NCBI GenBank assembly: GCA_963663165.1
Contig: OY760175.1
Coordinates: 1,376,001 to 1,440,000, forward strand
DNA from: an uncultured Desulfospira sp.
GTDB lineage: Bacteria; Desulfobacterota; Desulfobacteria; Desulfobacterales; Desulfobacteraceae
Direction of reading: 5' to 3'
DNA length: 64,000 bases
Under the pieces are notes generated by a model. It saw only the letters and a program-made list of their open reading frames with translations. It was not told where the DNA came from and made no database searches. Positions 49,886-60,317 of the stretch are shown piece by piece. The translations under genes and the position numbers were made by a program. Numbering within the stretch: position 1 is the first letter of the stretch; every line of letters starts with the position of its first letter.

Positions 49886-51181
49886 TTATGGTTTCAATTT
49901 TTCAGACAAAATCTGATTTTTCAGCGCTGTCTCAAGACAGGTTGACAATGATAATAATATCCAGAGGATCTCGGTGTACAAAATACTGTGAGTCATCATA
50001 CTGCCTAAGCCATAGGTTATATATATTACACTTAAGGAAATGGCCGTAAGATGAATAGTATTCTCAAACGGTACCATTTGGGATAATTTATGAATATTTT
50101 TTATTTCAAAAACCGTTTTCAGAATGATGTACAAAAACAACAAGATCCCAATGGTGCCAATTTCACTATAACAAAGGACATAGGTGTTATGAGGGTCCAT
50201 TCCCGGATTCCTGGGATCATAGTCCGGTACGATATTCGCAAAATTATTCACACCGACACCCATGGGGTGGTCTTTAAAAATAGCAATTGATGCAATCCAA
50301 AAATCGAGTCTGTCAGGCCTTTCCTGTATAAACAACGAATCCTTTTCAACCCAACCACCCACAGAGTCGTCCACCGTACCCATTCTCTCGATAAATGAGC
50401 TGCTTGCTAACATGAAAAACATAACAAAAGCTAACAAATAGTATAGCGCAAATTGTTTTCTATAAACTTTAGGAATTTTAAAAACCGGAACAAATTGCCC
50501 AAAAAAAACACCCAAAAAAACAGCTCTGGATTGCGTCAATATAAATGCATTAAACATTATTGCAATACTTAAAACTATCGGAACTTTCTTCCATAAAGAA
50601 GATTGAAACATCTTGAAACCGATAAAAACGATACTGGCCATTAAGAAAGCCCCTAGTTGATTGGCTTCGGAAAAATCATTACCGCCAATGCTTTCTAACC
50701 TTCCACTGTTAATGTCACCACTGACATGTCCCTGATATGCCAAGAATAACCCGCATAAAATTATTGTCCATATTACTATATTTACACTCTTCGAGGTATA
50801 AACAACTCGAAAAAAAAAGAAAAGAAACACAAACATTTTTATAATTTTCGTTAAAAACTTGGTGGTCCCGTCATCTATCAACACTCCGAAGTAATTGGTT
50901 ACAACCCAAGCCGTCGCAGCAAAAAAATAAAATGCCACTTCCTTTTTAGAAAAACTCCAGTTTAACTTGCGACAATGAATAATACACCCCAGAATAAGAA
51001 CGACCATTGAAAATAAAGATGGCCGACTAATGATTTCCATAATTGGACGACACCACCATGCCCAGGGATTAACTAAGAGATAAACACAGAGATACCCTAT
51101 AATTCCCAGAAGAGGGTTTATAAGGGCACCGAAAAACAGAGAAGAAAAGACACAGAGTGCTATTAGTGATGTAAGAGACAC
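49886..51181 (-). CDS. O-antigen ligase/Wzy-like polymerase family membrane protein
   Basis: Multi-TM protein; LTQSRA, RLDFW, HPMGVG, DPHNTY; GTG start. Confidence 0.85.
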   Translation of the reverse strand: MSLTSLIALCVFSSLFFGALINPLLGIIGYLCVYLLVNPWAWWCRPIMEIISRPSLFSMVVLILGCIIHCRKLNWSFSKKEVAFYFFAATAWVVTNYFGVLIDDGTTKFLTKIIKMFVFLFFFFRVVYTSKSVNIVIWTIILCGLFLAYQGHVSGDINSGRLESIGGNDFSEANQLGAFLMASIVFIGFKMFQSSLWKKVPIVLSIAIMFNAFILTQSRAVFLGVFFGQFVPVFKIPKVYRKQFALYYLLAFVMFFMLASSSFIERMGTVDDSVGGWVEKDSLFIQERPDRLDFWIASIAIFKDHPMGVGVNNFANIVPDYDPRNPGMDPHNTYVLCYSEIGTIGILLFLYIILKTVFEIKNIHKLSQMVPFENTIHLTAISLSVIYITYGLGSMMTHSILYTEILWILLSLSTCLETALKNQILSEKLKP

Positions 51182-51213
51182 AAATACCGGTTATCGTAAG
51201 TAAGGTTTTTTCT

Positions 51214-52371
51214 TTATAAGCACGCGTCTATGATATTAACCATTTGGCGCATGTCTGTTTTTGTAAGGGACTGGTGAACGGGAAGCTGGATACAATGTTT
51301 TGAATAGTAAGAGGATACCTCGCATATATTTATGTCGATCCCATCCCAGGAGATGTTTCCAAACCTTGAAATATTAACACTCTTTTTTCTAAGCTTTTTG
51401 ACAATTTCATCTGAATTTTCGATAATAACAGGGTAATTATAGGGAACAACATTTGTGAGAGGGGCTTTGAAAAGAGATTTTATTCCGTTAAATTGACTTA
51501 CAGCCTGCTCAAGAATCTTAAAATTTGAAACTCTTTGCTCAATTATCTTCTTTTGATCAGATATTTGATAAATTAGGTTAGAAAACCAGGGGGCTTTCCA
51601 ATTTGTATATGTATCTTTCACCTTATCTAATGAATATGGATTTTCTTTTTTTTCATGAATAATTGAATGCATCTCAGACGGCTCTTCATTTTTTGACTTT
51701 ACTTTTAACCAAACTTTGTCCTTTATTCGAAGGCATTTATTTACTAAGTAGGGCAAATCTCCCATCTCTAATGTATTGATCCCAGATTTAATCTGAAAAG
51801 GAAGGGGCGCATGCTTAAAATGAACCCTGTTTGCAATTTTTTTATTGTTTATAATCAAAAATCCGCCATGGCAAACCGGTAAAAATTTCCATAGACTCAT
51901 AATCGCCATATCTCCAAAAGAGCCAATTGGAAATTTTCCAATCTTTCCGAAAAAGGTGTGGGCACAATCTTCAATTAAACAAAGATTATTTTCCCGGCAG
52001 TATTTCTGCACAGGAACAATATCATTGGGAAATCCAAAATAATGAACTAAAATAAGTGCTTTTGTTTTTGATGTTGTTTTAGCTTTTATATCAGATATAT
52101 CGGTAGTACAGTTGGGTTCTATTTTATAAAAGACCGGAACAAGGCCTGATTCTAAAATAGGATAAACCATTACAGGGCAGTGATAAGCCGGGAGAAGGAT
52201 TTCGTCCCCCTCTTTTAATCCCAGGCATTCGATTCCAATTTTCAGGGCGCTTCTCGCATTTATCGTCGAATAGCAATCACTATGATTCACTGCCCGCAAT
52301 GAATCATCCTTTTTGAAAAATGGCCAGCCTAACATATTCTTTGTGATGAATGGGTATTGTGCAATATACAT
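51214..52371 (-). CDS. DegT/DnrJ/EryC1/StrS family PLP-dependent aminotransferase
   Basis: LLPAYHC, LVHYFG, IEDCAH, SLWKFLP, LPVHQ. Confidence 0.85.
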   Translation of the reverse strand: MYIAQYPFITKNMLGWPFFKKDDSLRAVNHSDCYSTINARSALKIGIECLGLKEGDEILLPAYHCPVMVYPILESGLVPVFYKIEPNCTTDISDIKAKTTSKTKALILVHYFGFPNDIVPVQKYCRENNLCLIEDCAHTFFGKIGKFPIGSFGDMAIMSLWKFLPVCHGGFLIINNKKIANRVHFKHAPLPFQIKSGINTLEMGDLPYLVNKCLRIKDKVWLKVKSKNEEPSEMHSIIHEKKENPYSLDKVKDTYTNWKAPWFSNLIYQISDQKKIIEQRVSNFKILEQAVSQFNGIKSLFKAPLTNVVPYNYPVIIENSDEIVKKLRKKSVNISRFGNISWDGIDINICEVSSYYSKHCIQLPVHQSLTKTDMRQMVNIIDACL

Positions 52372-52407
52372 AGTGAAATAAATCTCTTTGCTAATAAAAA
52401 AGGAGGA

Positions 52408-53853
52408 TCATGATTTTAAACTCAACCAAATCCTTTTGATATCGGAATAAGTTTTTCTTGAAAAAAAATAAAAATACCCAGTGTAAATAAATATGCCTGT
52501 TGATATATGAACAATTAGAGCCATTAAGGTACTATTGTTTTGAAAAACCGTCCATTTGACAAGGCCGATCACCATCACCATCAAGCAAGAGGCGATCAGT
52601 GCATGACGAATTCTTTTTACGGATTCAAAAAGACTAGCCTGAATATCTTTAAGTACATGATAACAAAGATAAGAAAAAAGAAAGGGATAAACCGATATCC
52701 AACTGACTGCCATCCCGGTCAAACCGAACCGGGATAGAATCCAGAAGCTTAACGGCATAAAAATGGCGGAATAAACGGAAAACATAAATACAGCTTTTGT
52801 ATTCCCCCTTGCTTTAAGCATTACCAGAAGTATTCCTTTAAAAGACAATAAAATACCCAAAAAACAAAATATTTTGAATGCAAAGAGGCTAGGGAGCCAT
52901 TTAGAAGAAAGAACAACAATGATAATATCTTCTGAAATGGCAAACATTCCCAGAAAAACAGGAAAACAGAACAAAGAAATTAAATAAATAACCATATAGT
53001 AATACTTAAGAAAATCTTCTCGATTGTCCTGTAATTTTGAAAAAAGGGGGAAAACGACTCCCTGGATAATAAATACGCCTTTGTCAACCGGCATCCGGGA
53101 AAGACTGAGTGCTACCGAATAATACCCAAGAATTGTCTGTCCCAGAAGTCTTCCGATCAAAATAACATCCATTCTGCTGCTGAAATAATCCAGCACATAA
53201 TGAGCCGTCACGGGAAGGCCGTATTTCAGCATTTGTCCAGCGCTGGAAAATGAGAATTCAAACCTGGGCAGCCATCTTTTATAAACAAGGATTAATAGCA
53301 TCAAAGTAAAGTCTTTGGCGACCTCTCCAATTATCAAACTCCATACCCCCCATCCCCTCAAGGCCAGGACAAGGCTGATCAATATATTCGTTACTCCTGA
53401 AGCCATTTCGCAAAAAGATCTTTTTTTGAATTCAAAATCCCTGGCCATCAGCCGGTTAGGGATTTCTTTTATGCTCAGAAACAGCAGGCTGACACCGATA
53501 ACCCTTACAGCAGGAATAAGTTCCGGGGCAGAGAAAAAATCAGCCCAGGCAATCGCCGCAAACCAGGTAATAGCATATAAAGCGACAGCAAAAGAAGTGC
53601 AAATCCAAAATGCAGTATAAATATCGGCTTCACTAAGGTTTTTTTTCTGAAGCACGGCTTCACCAATACTCATATCGAAAAAAATCGTGACGAAAAATTT
53701 ATACGCCAGGACCATCCCCATTAAACCGTAATCATCCGGAGACAGTATCCTGATCAGTACTAGGGTGACGCTCCAAGCCAAAATCTGTCCGGCAGTCCTG
53801 GCCAGGCCAACCCAAAAAACACTTTTTACCGCCTGTTGTTCTAAATTCATCAA
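52408..53853 (-). CDS. Wzx-type polysaccharide flippase
   Basis: RILSPDDYGL, GWGVWSL, LGYYSVA, VFPLFSK, LSSKW; many TM helices. Confidence 0.9.
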   Translation of the reverse strand: MMNLEQQAVKSVFWVGLARTAGQILAWSVTLVLIRILSPDDYGLMGMVLAYKFFVTIFFDMSIGEAVLQKKNLSEADIYTAFWICTSFAVALYAITWFAAIAWADFFSAPELIPAVRVIGVSLLFLSIKEIPNRLMARDFEFKKRSFCEMASGVTNILISLVLALRGWGVWSLIIGEVAKDFTLMLLILVYKRWLPRFEFSFSSAGQMLKYGLPVTAHYVLDYFSSRMDVILIGRLLGQTILGYYSVALSLSRMPVDKGVFIIQGVVFPLFSKLQDNREDFLKYYYMVIYLISLFCFPVFLGMFAISEDIIIVVLSSKWLPSLFAFKIFCFLGILLSFKGILLVMLKARGNTKAVFMFSVYSAIFMPLSFWILSRFGLTGMAVSWISVYPFLFSYLCYHVLKDIQASLFESVKRIRHALIASCLMVMVIGLVKWTVFQNNSTLMALIVHISTGIFIYTGYFYFFSRKTYSDIKRIWLSLKS

Positions 53854-54902
53854 TGCAATTCCTGTAATGTGCGCAGCTTTCTCAAACCGGTAATCGCCTG
53901 TTTAAAAATTGGGGCCCGGTAATAATTCAAATGATAAATTTCCCGGATGTCCACAGCCCACTGCTGCATACGCTGGGTGGCTTTTCCATAGTACTCAATG
54001 GACGAGACCCCTGGGGTATTGAAAAGATGTTTATGCACTTCATAATACATCAGCATTCCAGGTGAATAGTCTTTTTCTGTTTCATCATAAGCGATTTTCA
54101 GTATGACGACCATTCCATCACCCTGTATGGTCAAAGCAGACGCTACCACTTTTTCACCAAATCTTAGTTGATAAATCCGGGCGCACTTTCGGATAGCAAA
54201 CCGGCTCAACATGTCTACATAAAACCGTCCTCTGTGATTGTTTTTATTAACCGCAGTTCCGGCTTTTCCTTTCCATCCGGTGGACTCCAACTTCCCATAA
54301 TCCTCAACACCGGCCTGCATCTCTTCCGGATCAGTTAGCACATGAAATGACCAGTTAATATTGTTCGTGCTTAACCGGTTCTTTTTTTTTGTGATATTCC
54401 GCTTTAAATTTTTACTTCTATCCTGCCAGTAATCTTCAAAGGACCTGTCAATAGGAATCCTTATGGTATCAATAAATTTAATTTTTTCCTGGACCTTCCC
54501 TCTATGATTTGTTGCAACTGTTAGATAATCAGTATCCAGCTTATAGAATGCGAAAAGGCAGACATAGCCGGGAAGAGATCTCATTAAAGATAAAATAGAA
54601 GAATCGGCTGTCCCCTGCTCTGTGTTTTTAATCAATGCGAATGTAAATGGGCCTGTTTTTGGAAAAAAGGTTTCCCAAACCCCAACCCGTTTTTGCTTTA
54701 ATAAGACCATCCCATCACAGCCTTCTTCCCCTTTTAACGCCAGATGCAACCCAGATGGAGCAAAATATTTTATTATCTGCCCTACATAATCAACGTGCAT
54801 TAACGGGTGTTCACAACATAGAATATCTTTCCCTAATTGTTGCCAGTTGGTATTGTAAGTATCAAAAGCAGTGGCATCTTTTATAATCCATTTATCAGTC
54901 AT
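53850..54902 (-). CDS. GNAT family acetyltransferase (CelD/BcsL-like)
   Basis: SFEDYW..RSKNLKR, LESTGWKG, AYDE..KDYSPG. Confidence 0.82.
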   Translation of the reverse strand: MTDKWIIKDATAFDTYNTNWQQLGKDILCCEHPLMHVDYVGQIIKYFAPSGLHLALKGEEGCDGMVLLKQKRVGVWETFFPKTGPFTFALIKNTEQGTADSSILSLMRSLPGYVCLFAFYKLDTDYLTVATNHRGKVQEKIKFIDTIRIPIDRSFEDYWQDRSKNLKRNITKKKNRLSTNNINWSFHVLTDPEEMQAGVEDYGKLESTGWKGKAGTAVNKNNHRGRFYVDMLSRFAIRKCARIYQLRFGEKVVASALTIQGDGMVVILKIAYDETEKDYSPGMLMYYEVHKHLFNTPGVSSIEYYGKATQRMQQWAVDIREIYHLNYYRAPIFKQAITGLRKLRTLQELH

Positions 54903-54919
54903 ATTACTCCAGAATATAA

Positions 54920-55438
54920 TCAGTGCTTTTTTCCAAGGCTATCGACGTAATGAACTTTCCCATCACTGCCCATGTATTGAAATCCCACATCTCTCATCAC
55001 CGAGTAACCTGTATATATGGCCTTAACATTTTTTACTCCGGCCTTTATCCACTCGAGGGCAACCTGCCCACTTTTCTCTTCAGCACCTCAACCGCAAAAA
55101 ACGAGAATGTGTTTATTTTTAACCGCTTTTAATTTTTTTAAAAGCTTGGGATTCATTTCCTGTCCCATAGGAACTGTAACCGATCCGATAACCTTATATC
55201 TCTTATTCATATCCTCCCCCACACCAAAAAGAATGGCCTGCCCTGCGGAAAACAAGCCAAAGGCCTCTTGGGCCGCCACTCTTGGTACGGTGGGGTATAG
55301 AATTTCTGCATCTCTAGGCTCCATTTGCAGCAACCGTAGAAATGAGGGATGAATTTTACCCGTCTTTTTGCTATTTCCTGAGGCTCCTATTGGTAAAAAC
55401 AATACCATTAAGGCCATAAATATAATTATTTTTTTCAT
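54920..55438 (-). CDS. Secreted rhodanese-like selenoprotein (Sec at the in-frame TGA, codon 117)
   Basis: ILVFCG-TGA-GAEEKSGQVALEWIKAGVKNVKAIYTGY continues the rhodanese fold; SECIS-like hairpin follows; the read-through ORF ends 17 bp before the next gene. Confidence 0.8.
55057..55069 (-). promoter_or_regulatory. Candidate bacterial SECIS apical hairpin
   Basis: GGGCA-GGT-TGCCC, starting 18 nt after the UGA, with a G-first loop. Confidence 0.65.
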
Positions 55439-55470
55439 ATCCCCCCCCTCCATGTGGGCAGAAAATTGTT

Positions 55471-56466
55471 TCAATAAGACCCAACGGATAGACTATACGG
55501 TTCCCAATAAAAATCCTGTAACCGGACAACGCCCTGGAAGCATCTTGGAATTTGGAAAAGATTGGATGTATGGTCGGAAGGGCCTATTTCTGTGGTGACC
55601 GAACATTCGAATGAAAGCTTTTTTAAAATTTCAATTGTATCTTTGTTATACATATCCTTTTTGCCGAAAGGGTATGCAAACGTGGTCATTTTTCTGCCGA
55701 TTTTATCTTCAATCAACGTTTTTGAGGCTGCTATTTCTTCTTGGGCCTTTGAATAAGGCAGTCGGCTTAAAACCGGATGACTAATTGTATGGGCACCAAA
55801 TTCAATATTATTATCGGCCATCTCTTTGATTTCATCCCAGGTCATCATGATATTATCAAGGCCGCTGAAATCATCAATTTCAAGACAATCTTCCAGTTTT
55901 GATATGTACTCAAGCCGCTCATTATTCTCGGCGTTTTGCAGATGATTCATTATTATTGAAGAACCTGTTTTTCTCTCATCTCTGGAATGCAATGACAAAT
56001 GAAATGATTGCTCTCCCAATTTGATATCCAGTATCTCTTTTTTAGTCATCATGAACATATACCGGAATTTGATAAACCAGGGAGGAAGGCCATCTTCAAT
56101 ACGGCCGGCCAAAAGAAAAATGGTTGCCGGGACATTATACTTTTTCAGTACAGGGTAAGCATTGACATAATTATCCTTAAACCCGTCATCAAAAGTAATT
56201 ACCACACACCCCTTCAATGATTCGTTGTTTTTAATCCTTCTGACATACTCTGTCAGCGAAATGATATTATAATTTGCAGCCAAATGAGCGATGTGAATTT
56301 CAAAATCAGTTTTCGAAACCTCGGCGTAAAAGCCGGTTGGCGTATCAGGGATCATGTGATACATCAAAATGTAACAGCGATTTTTTAAAGCATTCAAGCG
56401 ATAAAATTTCAGCTGGAACAACCCTTTTTTTATGACTTCCTTTGAGTTTGTTTTAAAATTTGGCAT
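55471..56466 (-). CDS. Polysaccharide deacetylase family protein
   Basis: ILMYH, ITFDDG, GAHTISH, FAYPFG. Confidence 0.92.
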   Translation of the reverse strand: MPNFKTNSKEVIKKGLFQLKFYRLNALKNRCYILMYHMIPDTPTGFYAEVSKTDFEIHIAHLAANYNIISLTEYVRRIKNNESLKGCVVITFDDGFKDNYVNAYPVLKKYNVPATIFLLAGRIEDGLPPWFIKFRYMFMMTKKEILDIKLGEQSFHLSLHSRDERKTGSSIIMNHLQNAENNERLEYISKLEDCLEIDDFSGLDNIMMTWDEIKEMADNNIEFGAHTISHPVLSRLPYSKAQEEIAASKTLIEDKIGRKMTTFAYPFGKKDMYNKDTIEILKKLSFECSVTTEIGPSDHTSNLFQIPRCFQGVVRLQDFYWEPYSLSVGSY

Positions 56467-56484
56467 GTATGGTTCCCCAAAAGA

Positions 56485-59148
56485 TTAAAAAGAGAAAAAT
56501 CTCAATAACAGTCTTAAGTTATCTTTAACAAGCCACCTTAAAGATGTTTTATCCACGGGTTTTCCATAGCGCTTTGGTGTGGTTGCTTTGGAAGTGATAA
56601 CTGCTTCATTGTTTTTCAGGCAATAAAATGAAACAAACATATTTTGCATCAAAATTGCCAATGGCCTTGTAAGGCATCCGGATTCATGCATTAATAATCC
56701 TTTGCAGGCCTCTGAAAAGAAAAATTCGGCCTTCTCTTTAAATATGGGCTGTAAATTCTCCGGTGCGTACCCGGCCGCAATAAATAAAACATTTGATTTT
56801 CTGATATCATTTGCAGCTCTTGTGGCTGGATTGGGGTAATCAAAGGATTCTGAAAGCGTAAGAATCGGGACTTCATTATCCACCATCCATTTGGCATAAT
56901 GGATAAGGGTTTCTTTTGCATAACAAAACATAACGTCATATTCTGCCCATTCTGCTTTCAGGCGAAGATACTTACAGACGCCTTGCAGGAATATGGTGTA
57001 AGACCACCTGATATTTATTTTTAACAAATCCCTGGCCGCCAGGTCGTCTTCAGGATGGACACATTCTCGAATCAACGATTCAGCCTGAAAAAGATATTGC
57101 CGGTCTTTTGATATCATAAAGGCATCGAGCAGTACACTGAGCATGTTTCCTGACCCCCGATCCGGCCCTTCTGCATGGCCGTATGGTTCCATGGGTTTTT
57201 TGCCGGACAGATGCTTTGCCCAGTTAATTGTATTGCGGGCCATCTTTTTAAGTATTGCTACAGGATGGCGGGGGCCTTGAATAAGCCCGGATACGAATTC
57301 GGCAAGTTCAAGGGTCCCGCTTTTTATATTCTCATCACCAGTCAAAAAATAATAATTAACCAGCCCTCCGGTGTAGACATGCTGAGAGGACGGCCCTCCG
57401 CCGTGATGTTTGTATGAAGCTGCCGGCCCGTCTTCAAGACTGTATTGATTATCTTCTTTGAGAACCAGCTTTGAAAAACTTCGATGGGTAGATGTCCCTG
57501 CTGTTGCGAAATGATCCGTATGCCAGAACATGCCGTGATTGTAAGCACAGGCGTCTTTACTGGTATGGTATATATCAATGTCTGTTACATGAAGGGCCAG
57601 CTCTTTGGCAAGCTGAAACCATTTTTCCGCCCCGCTGCTTATATATTGGAAAACAAAACTGTTAATGAGATCATACTGGTTGTTATAATGAGAAATTATT
57701 GGTTTTTCCCCAAGATAAAGCCGGTTTTCATGGTCGGCATATAAATCTCCAAAATTTCTCCATCCATACTCATCAATAATTTCTCTTCTCTTTTCAAATG
57801 AATTTTCTCCTTGAATGGCTGAACGAACCAGATCAAATATTTTTTTATAGGGTTCTTCTTTAGGAAGTTCACTCTCCGGCAAGAGGTATGGGATAGCGTT
57901 TGAAGCAACATACCACTTAGCATTCGGCTTCACGCCTACCGGATCATGGACCCAGTCTAAGGAATCATCATACTTGGCCTGACTGGAAAAATTAAAGCAC
58001 ATTTGATGGGTTTTCTGCTCTCCGCCCTGAAGTTCAAAGATATCATTAAACTGATCAGGAAATAATGATATCGTTAATGCTTCCCCGTCAGACTCGAGGG
58101 CAGTAGGGAAATTCTGCCAGAAATTCTGAACCGTTACCGTCATTGTACAATTATTATTGGATAGGGATAAAACCGGTGATGCACGCAGTCCCTGATCAAG
58201 AATATTATCGCCGAATGACACCTTGTATCCTTTGAAAGACACGGGCACATTCTTAAACCGGTTAAAATGGTTTTTGGACTGCCAGTTGTCTCCGCCGCTT
58301 GAATCCTGATAAATAAGTACGGGTTCCCCATGGGATGAAATCTTAGCGCCGGGCTTTATTTTCCAGAAATTTGAATATGATCCGTCAGAGCCCGTCTCAA
58401 GTCTAATCCCCAGGTTTTTAAAAAAGAAAGAGCCTTCTTTCCCAAGATCCCAAAAGCCCTCCGGATGGACTGCAGGGTTTGGATTTAAAATCGTAAAGTC
58501 ACAAAAACAATAGCTGCAGTCTCTAAAGAAGGAAAGACGGGATTTAAATTTCAGGTCCGGATTGCTGTTTTGCTCAGAAAAGCAACCCTCAAAACATAAA
58601 ATAAGTTTTACAGCGTTGCTTCTCTCAACTTTGCAACATTCAATCTCAGGCGTATATAATTCATCATTTTCCCCTTTAAGAAAGGTCAGGGACCGGTCCA
58701 GGGAGACGCGCTTCCCATTTACCACAACAGCATTAAATGGTTTAAACTGATTTTTGTCTATGTAAAATTCCGAACACCCGGTTTGAATCACAAATTCTTG
58801 AGCATCTTCTTTAAAAGCCAATCCATTTTGTTTCTCGCCTGAATCTTTAGTGTCTTTGACATCTAAAATAAATCGTTTACATCCGAATGGCGGCATGGAT
58901 ATCAACAGGTCAAACAATACCCATTTAAGGCTTTGATCCGGCCACCGGTCCAGCACTGTTGCCCCGGATGGTACACCATCACCATTTTCATCCACTAATC
59001 CAATAGATGAAGAATTTAAAAATTTCCCCTGAGGGAATGGGACTCCCAGTGATACGGGTTCAAAATAGCGGTGCTTTCCTGATTTATCTTCCAACTCAAA
59101 AAGGATTGGGCTGTCTTTGTCTGTTTTATGACTTTGCATAAGACTCAT
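56485..59148 (-). CDS. Large hypothetical protein, possibly exo-rhamnogalacturonan-lyase-like
   Basis: PVSLGVPFP...RWPDQSLKW N-terminal module; NFWQNFP; YGWRNFGD, HYNNQYD, H..DID. Confidence 0.6.
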   Translation of the reverse strand: MSLMQSHKTDKDSPILFELEDKSGKHRYFEPVSLGVPFPQGKFLNSSSIGLVDENGDGVPSGATVLDRWPDQSLKWVLFDLLISMPPFGCKRFILDVKDTKDSGEKQNGLAFKEDAQEFVIQTGCSEFYIDKNQFKPFNAVVVNGKRVSLDRSLTFLKGENDELYTPEIECCKVERSNAVKLILCFEGCFSEQNSNPDLKFKSRLSFFRDCSYCFCDFTILNPNPAVHPEGFWDLGKEGSFFFKNLGIRLETGSDGSYSNFWKIKPGAKISSHGEPVLIYQDSSGGDNWQSKNHFNRFKNVPVSFKGYKVSFGDNILDQGLRASPVLSLSNNNCTMTVTVQNFWQNFPTALESDGEALTISLFPDQFNDIFELQGGEQKTHQMCFNFSSQAKYDDSLDWVHDPVGVKPNAKWYVASNAIPYLLPESELPKEEPYKKIFDLVRSAIQGENSFEKRREIIDEYGWRNFGDLYADHENRLYLGEKPIISHYNNQYDLINSFVFQYISSGAEKWFQLAKELALHVTDIDIYHTSKDACAYNHGMFWHTDHFATAGTSTHRSFSKLVLKEDNQYSLEDGPAASYKHHGGGPSSQHVYTGGLVNYYFLTGDENIKSGTLELAEFVSGLIQGPRHPVAILKKMARNTINWAKHLSGKKPMEPYGHAEGPDRGSGNMLSVLLDAFMISKDRQYLFQAESLIRECVHPEDDLAARDLLKINIRWSYTIFLQGVCKYLRLKAEWAEYDVMFCYAKETLIHYAKWMVDNEVPILTLSESFDYPNPATRAANDIRKSNVLFIAAGYAPENLQPIFKEKAEFFFSEACKGLLMHESGCLTRPLAILMQNMFVSFYCLKNNEAVITSKATTPKRYGKPVDKTSLRWLVKDNLRLLLRFFSF

Positions 59149-60313
59149 ACATGGTTTCCAGTTTTTTAACACGCTCAGAAAAAGAAAAGTGATTTTCAAT
59201 CCGTTTTCTGCTTTGAACAGCAAAATTCACTCTTAACGATCCATTTTCCAGAAGGTTGATCACTTTTTCAGCAAGGCTTTTATAATCGCCCAGATCACAA
59301 AGATATCCGGTCTTCCCGTTGGAAACCAATTCAGGTACACCGGACACTGAAGTTGAGACCACAGGTATTTCCATAGCCATGGCCTCCAGAACCGTATTTG
59401 GAAGCCCCTCAACAATAGATGTCATTAAAAACAGATCAAAAGATGAATAAACATTAAAGAGATCATTTCTATGGCCGGTGAAATGGATTGATTTTTCCAA
59501 CCCCAAATTTCTAACATCCTGCCTTAGCTCTTCAAGTTCATCAGCCCTTCCATCTCCTACAATTACAAATTGTGTGCCCGGTAATTGATCGGTTACTATC
59601 TTGGCAACTTTGATAAATGTTGGAAAATCTTTTTGATAGCTGATTCTTGCGACAGTCCCAACCAGGGAATCTGTGTCTTTTACACATAATTCATGTCTTA
59701 AAACGGGTGAATGGCCGTTGTTTTTTTTCCATATTTCAGTATCAATACCATTATAAAGGACTATAATATCCGTTTCCTTGAACCCTCTATCGATAAGTTG
59801 TTGTTTTGTCGCACCAGATACAGCCATGGCCGGTTTAGAAAACATTTTCATTAGAAATGCAGCCACCTTATCCCTTACAAGATAGTTCAAATACGCTTTT
59901 AATGAATGAAAATCATTCCGGTCATAGTCCAGAAGAAGGTGGCAGGTAAAAACAATAACAAGCTTGGGATTCAGTATCTTCAGCAGCCACCCGTACAGCA
60001 ATGTTTTATCATCATGGGCGTGAATCATCTCTATTTGATGCTTTTTTAGCAGGCGATGAAGTACAAATAAGCATCTTAAATCCAGAAGCCTTCTGTCATG
60101 GACTTCAACATAGGGAATTCCCATCTTTTTTGCCCGGTCTGTGATCTGAAACTCTTTGTTTTTAGGATCTCTAAGGTATGCTACCAGGACAAAAACCTTT
60201 TTTTTATCATGCATTTTCGCTGAATTTAATATGGTTTTATCCGGTCCGCCGCCGCCTTTATAGGTGCCTCTGAAATCCATTATTCGCACTATACTGCTTG
60301 TTTTCCGGCCCAT
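59126..60313 (-). CDS. Glycosyltransferase family 4
   Basis: GGGPD, NGID, VARIS.QK, EGLPNTVLEAMA. Confidence 0.92.
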   Translation of the reverse strand: MGRKTSSIVRIMDFRGTYKGGGGPDKTILNSAKMHDKKKVFVLVAYLRDPKNKEFQITDRAKKMGIPYVEVHDRRLLDLRCLFVLHRLLKKHQIEMIHAHDDKTLLYGWLLKILNPKLVIVFTCHLLLDYDRNDFHSLKAYLNYLVRDKVAAFLMKMFSKPAMAVSGATKQQLIDRGFKETDIIVLYNGIDTEIWKKNNGHSPVLRHELCVKDTDSLVGTVARISYQKDFPTFIKVAKIVTDQLPGTQFVIVGDGRADELEELRQDVRNLGLEKSIHFTGHRNDLFNVYSSFDLFLMTSIVEGLPNTVLEAMAMEIPVVSTSVSGVPELVSNGKTGYLCDLGDYKSLAEKVINLLENGSLRVNFAVQSRKRIENHFSFSERVKKLETMYESYAKS

Positions 60314-60317
60314 CAGG

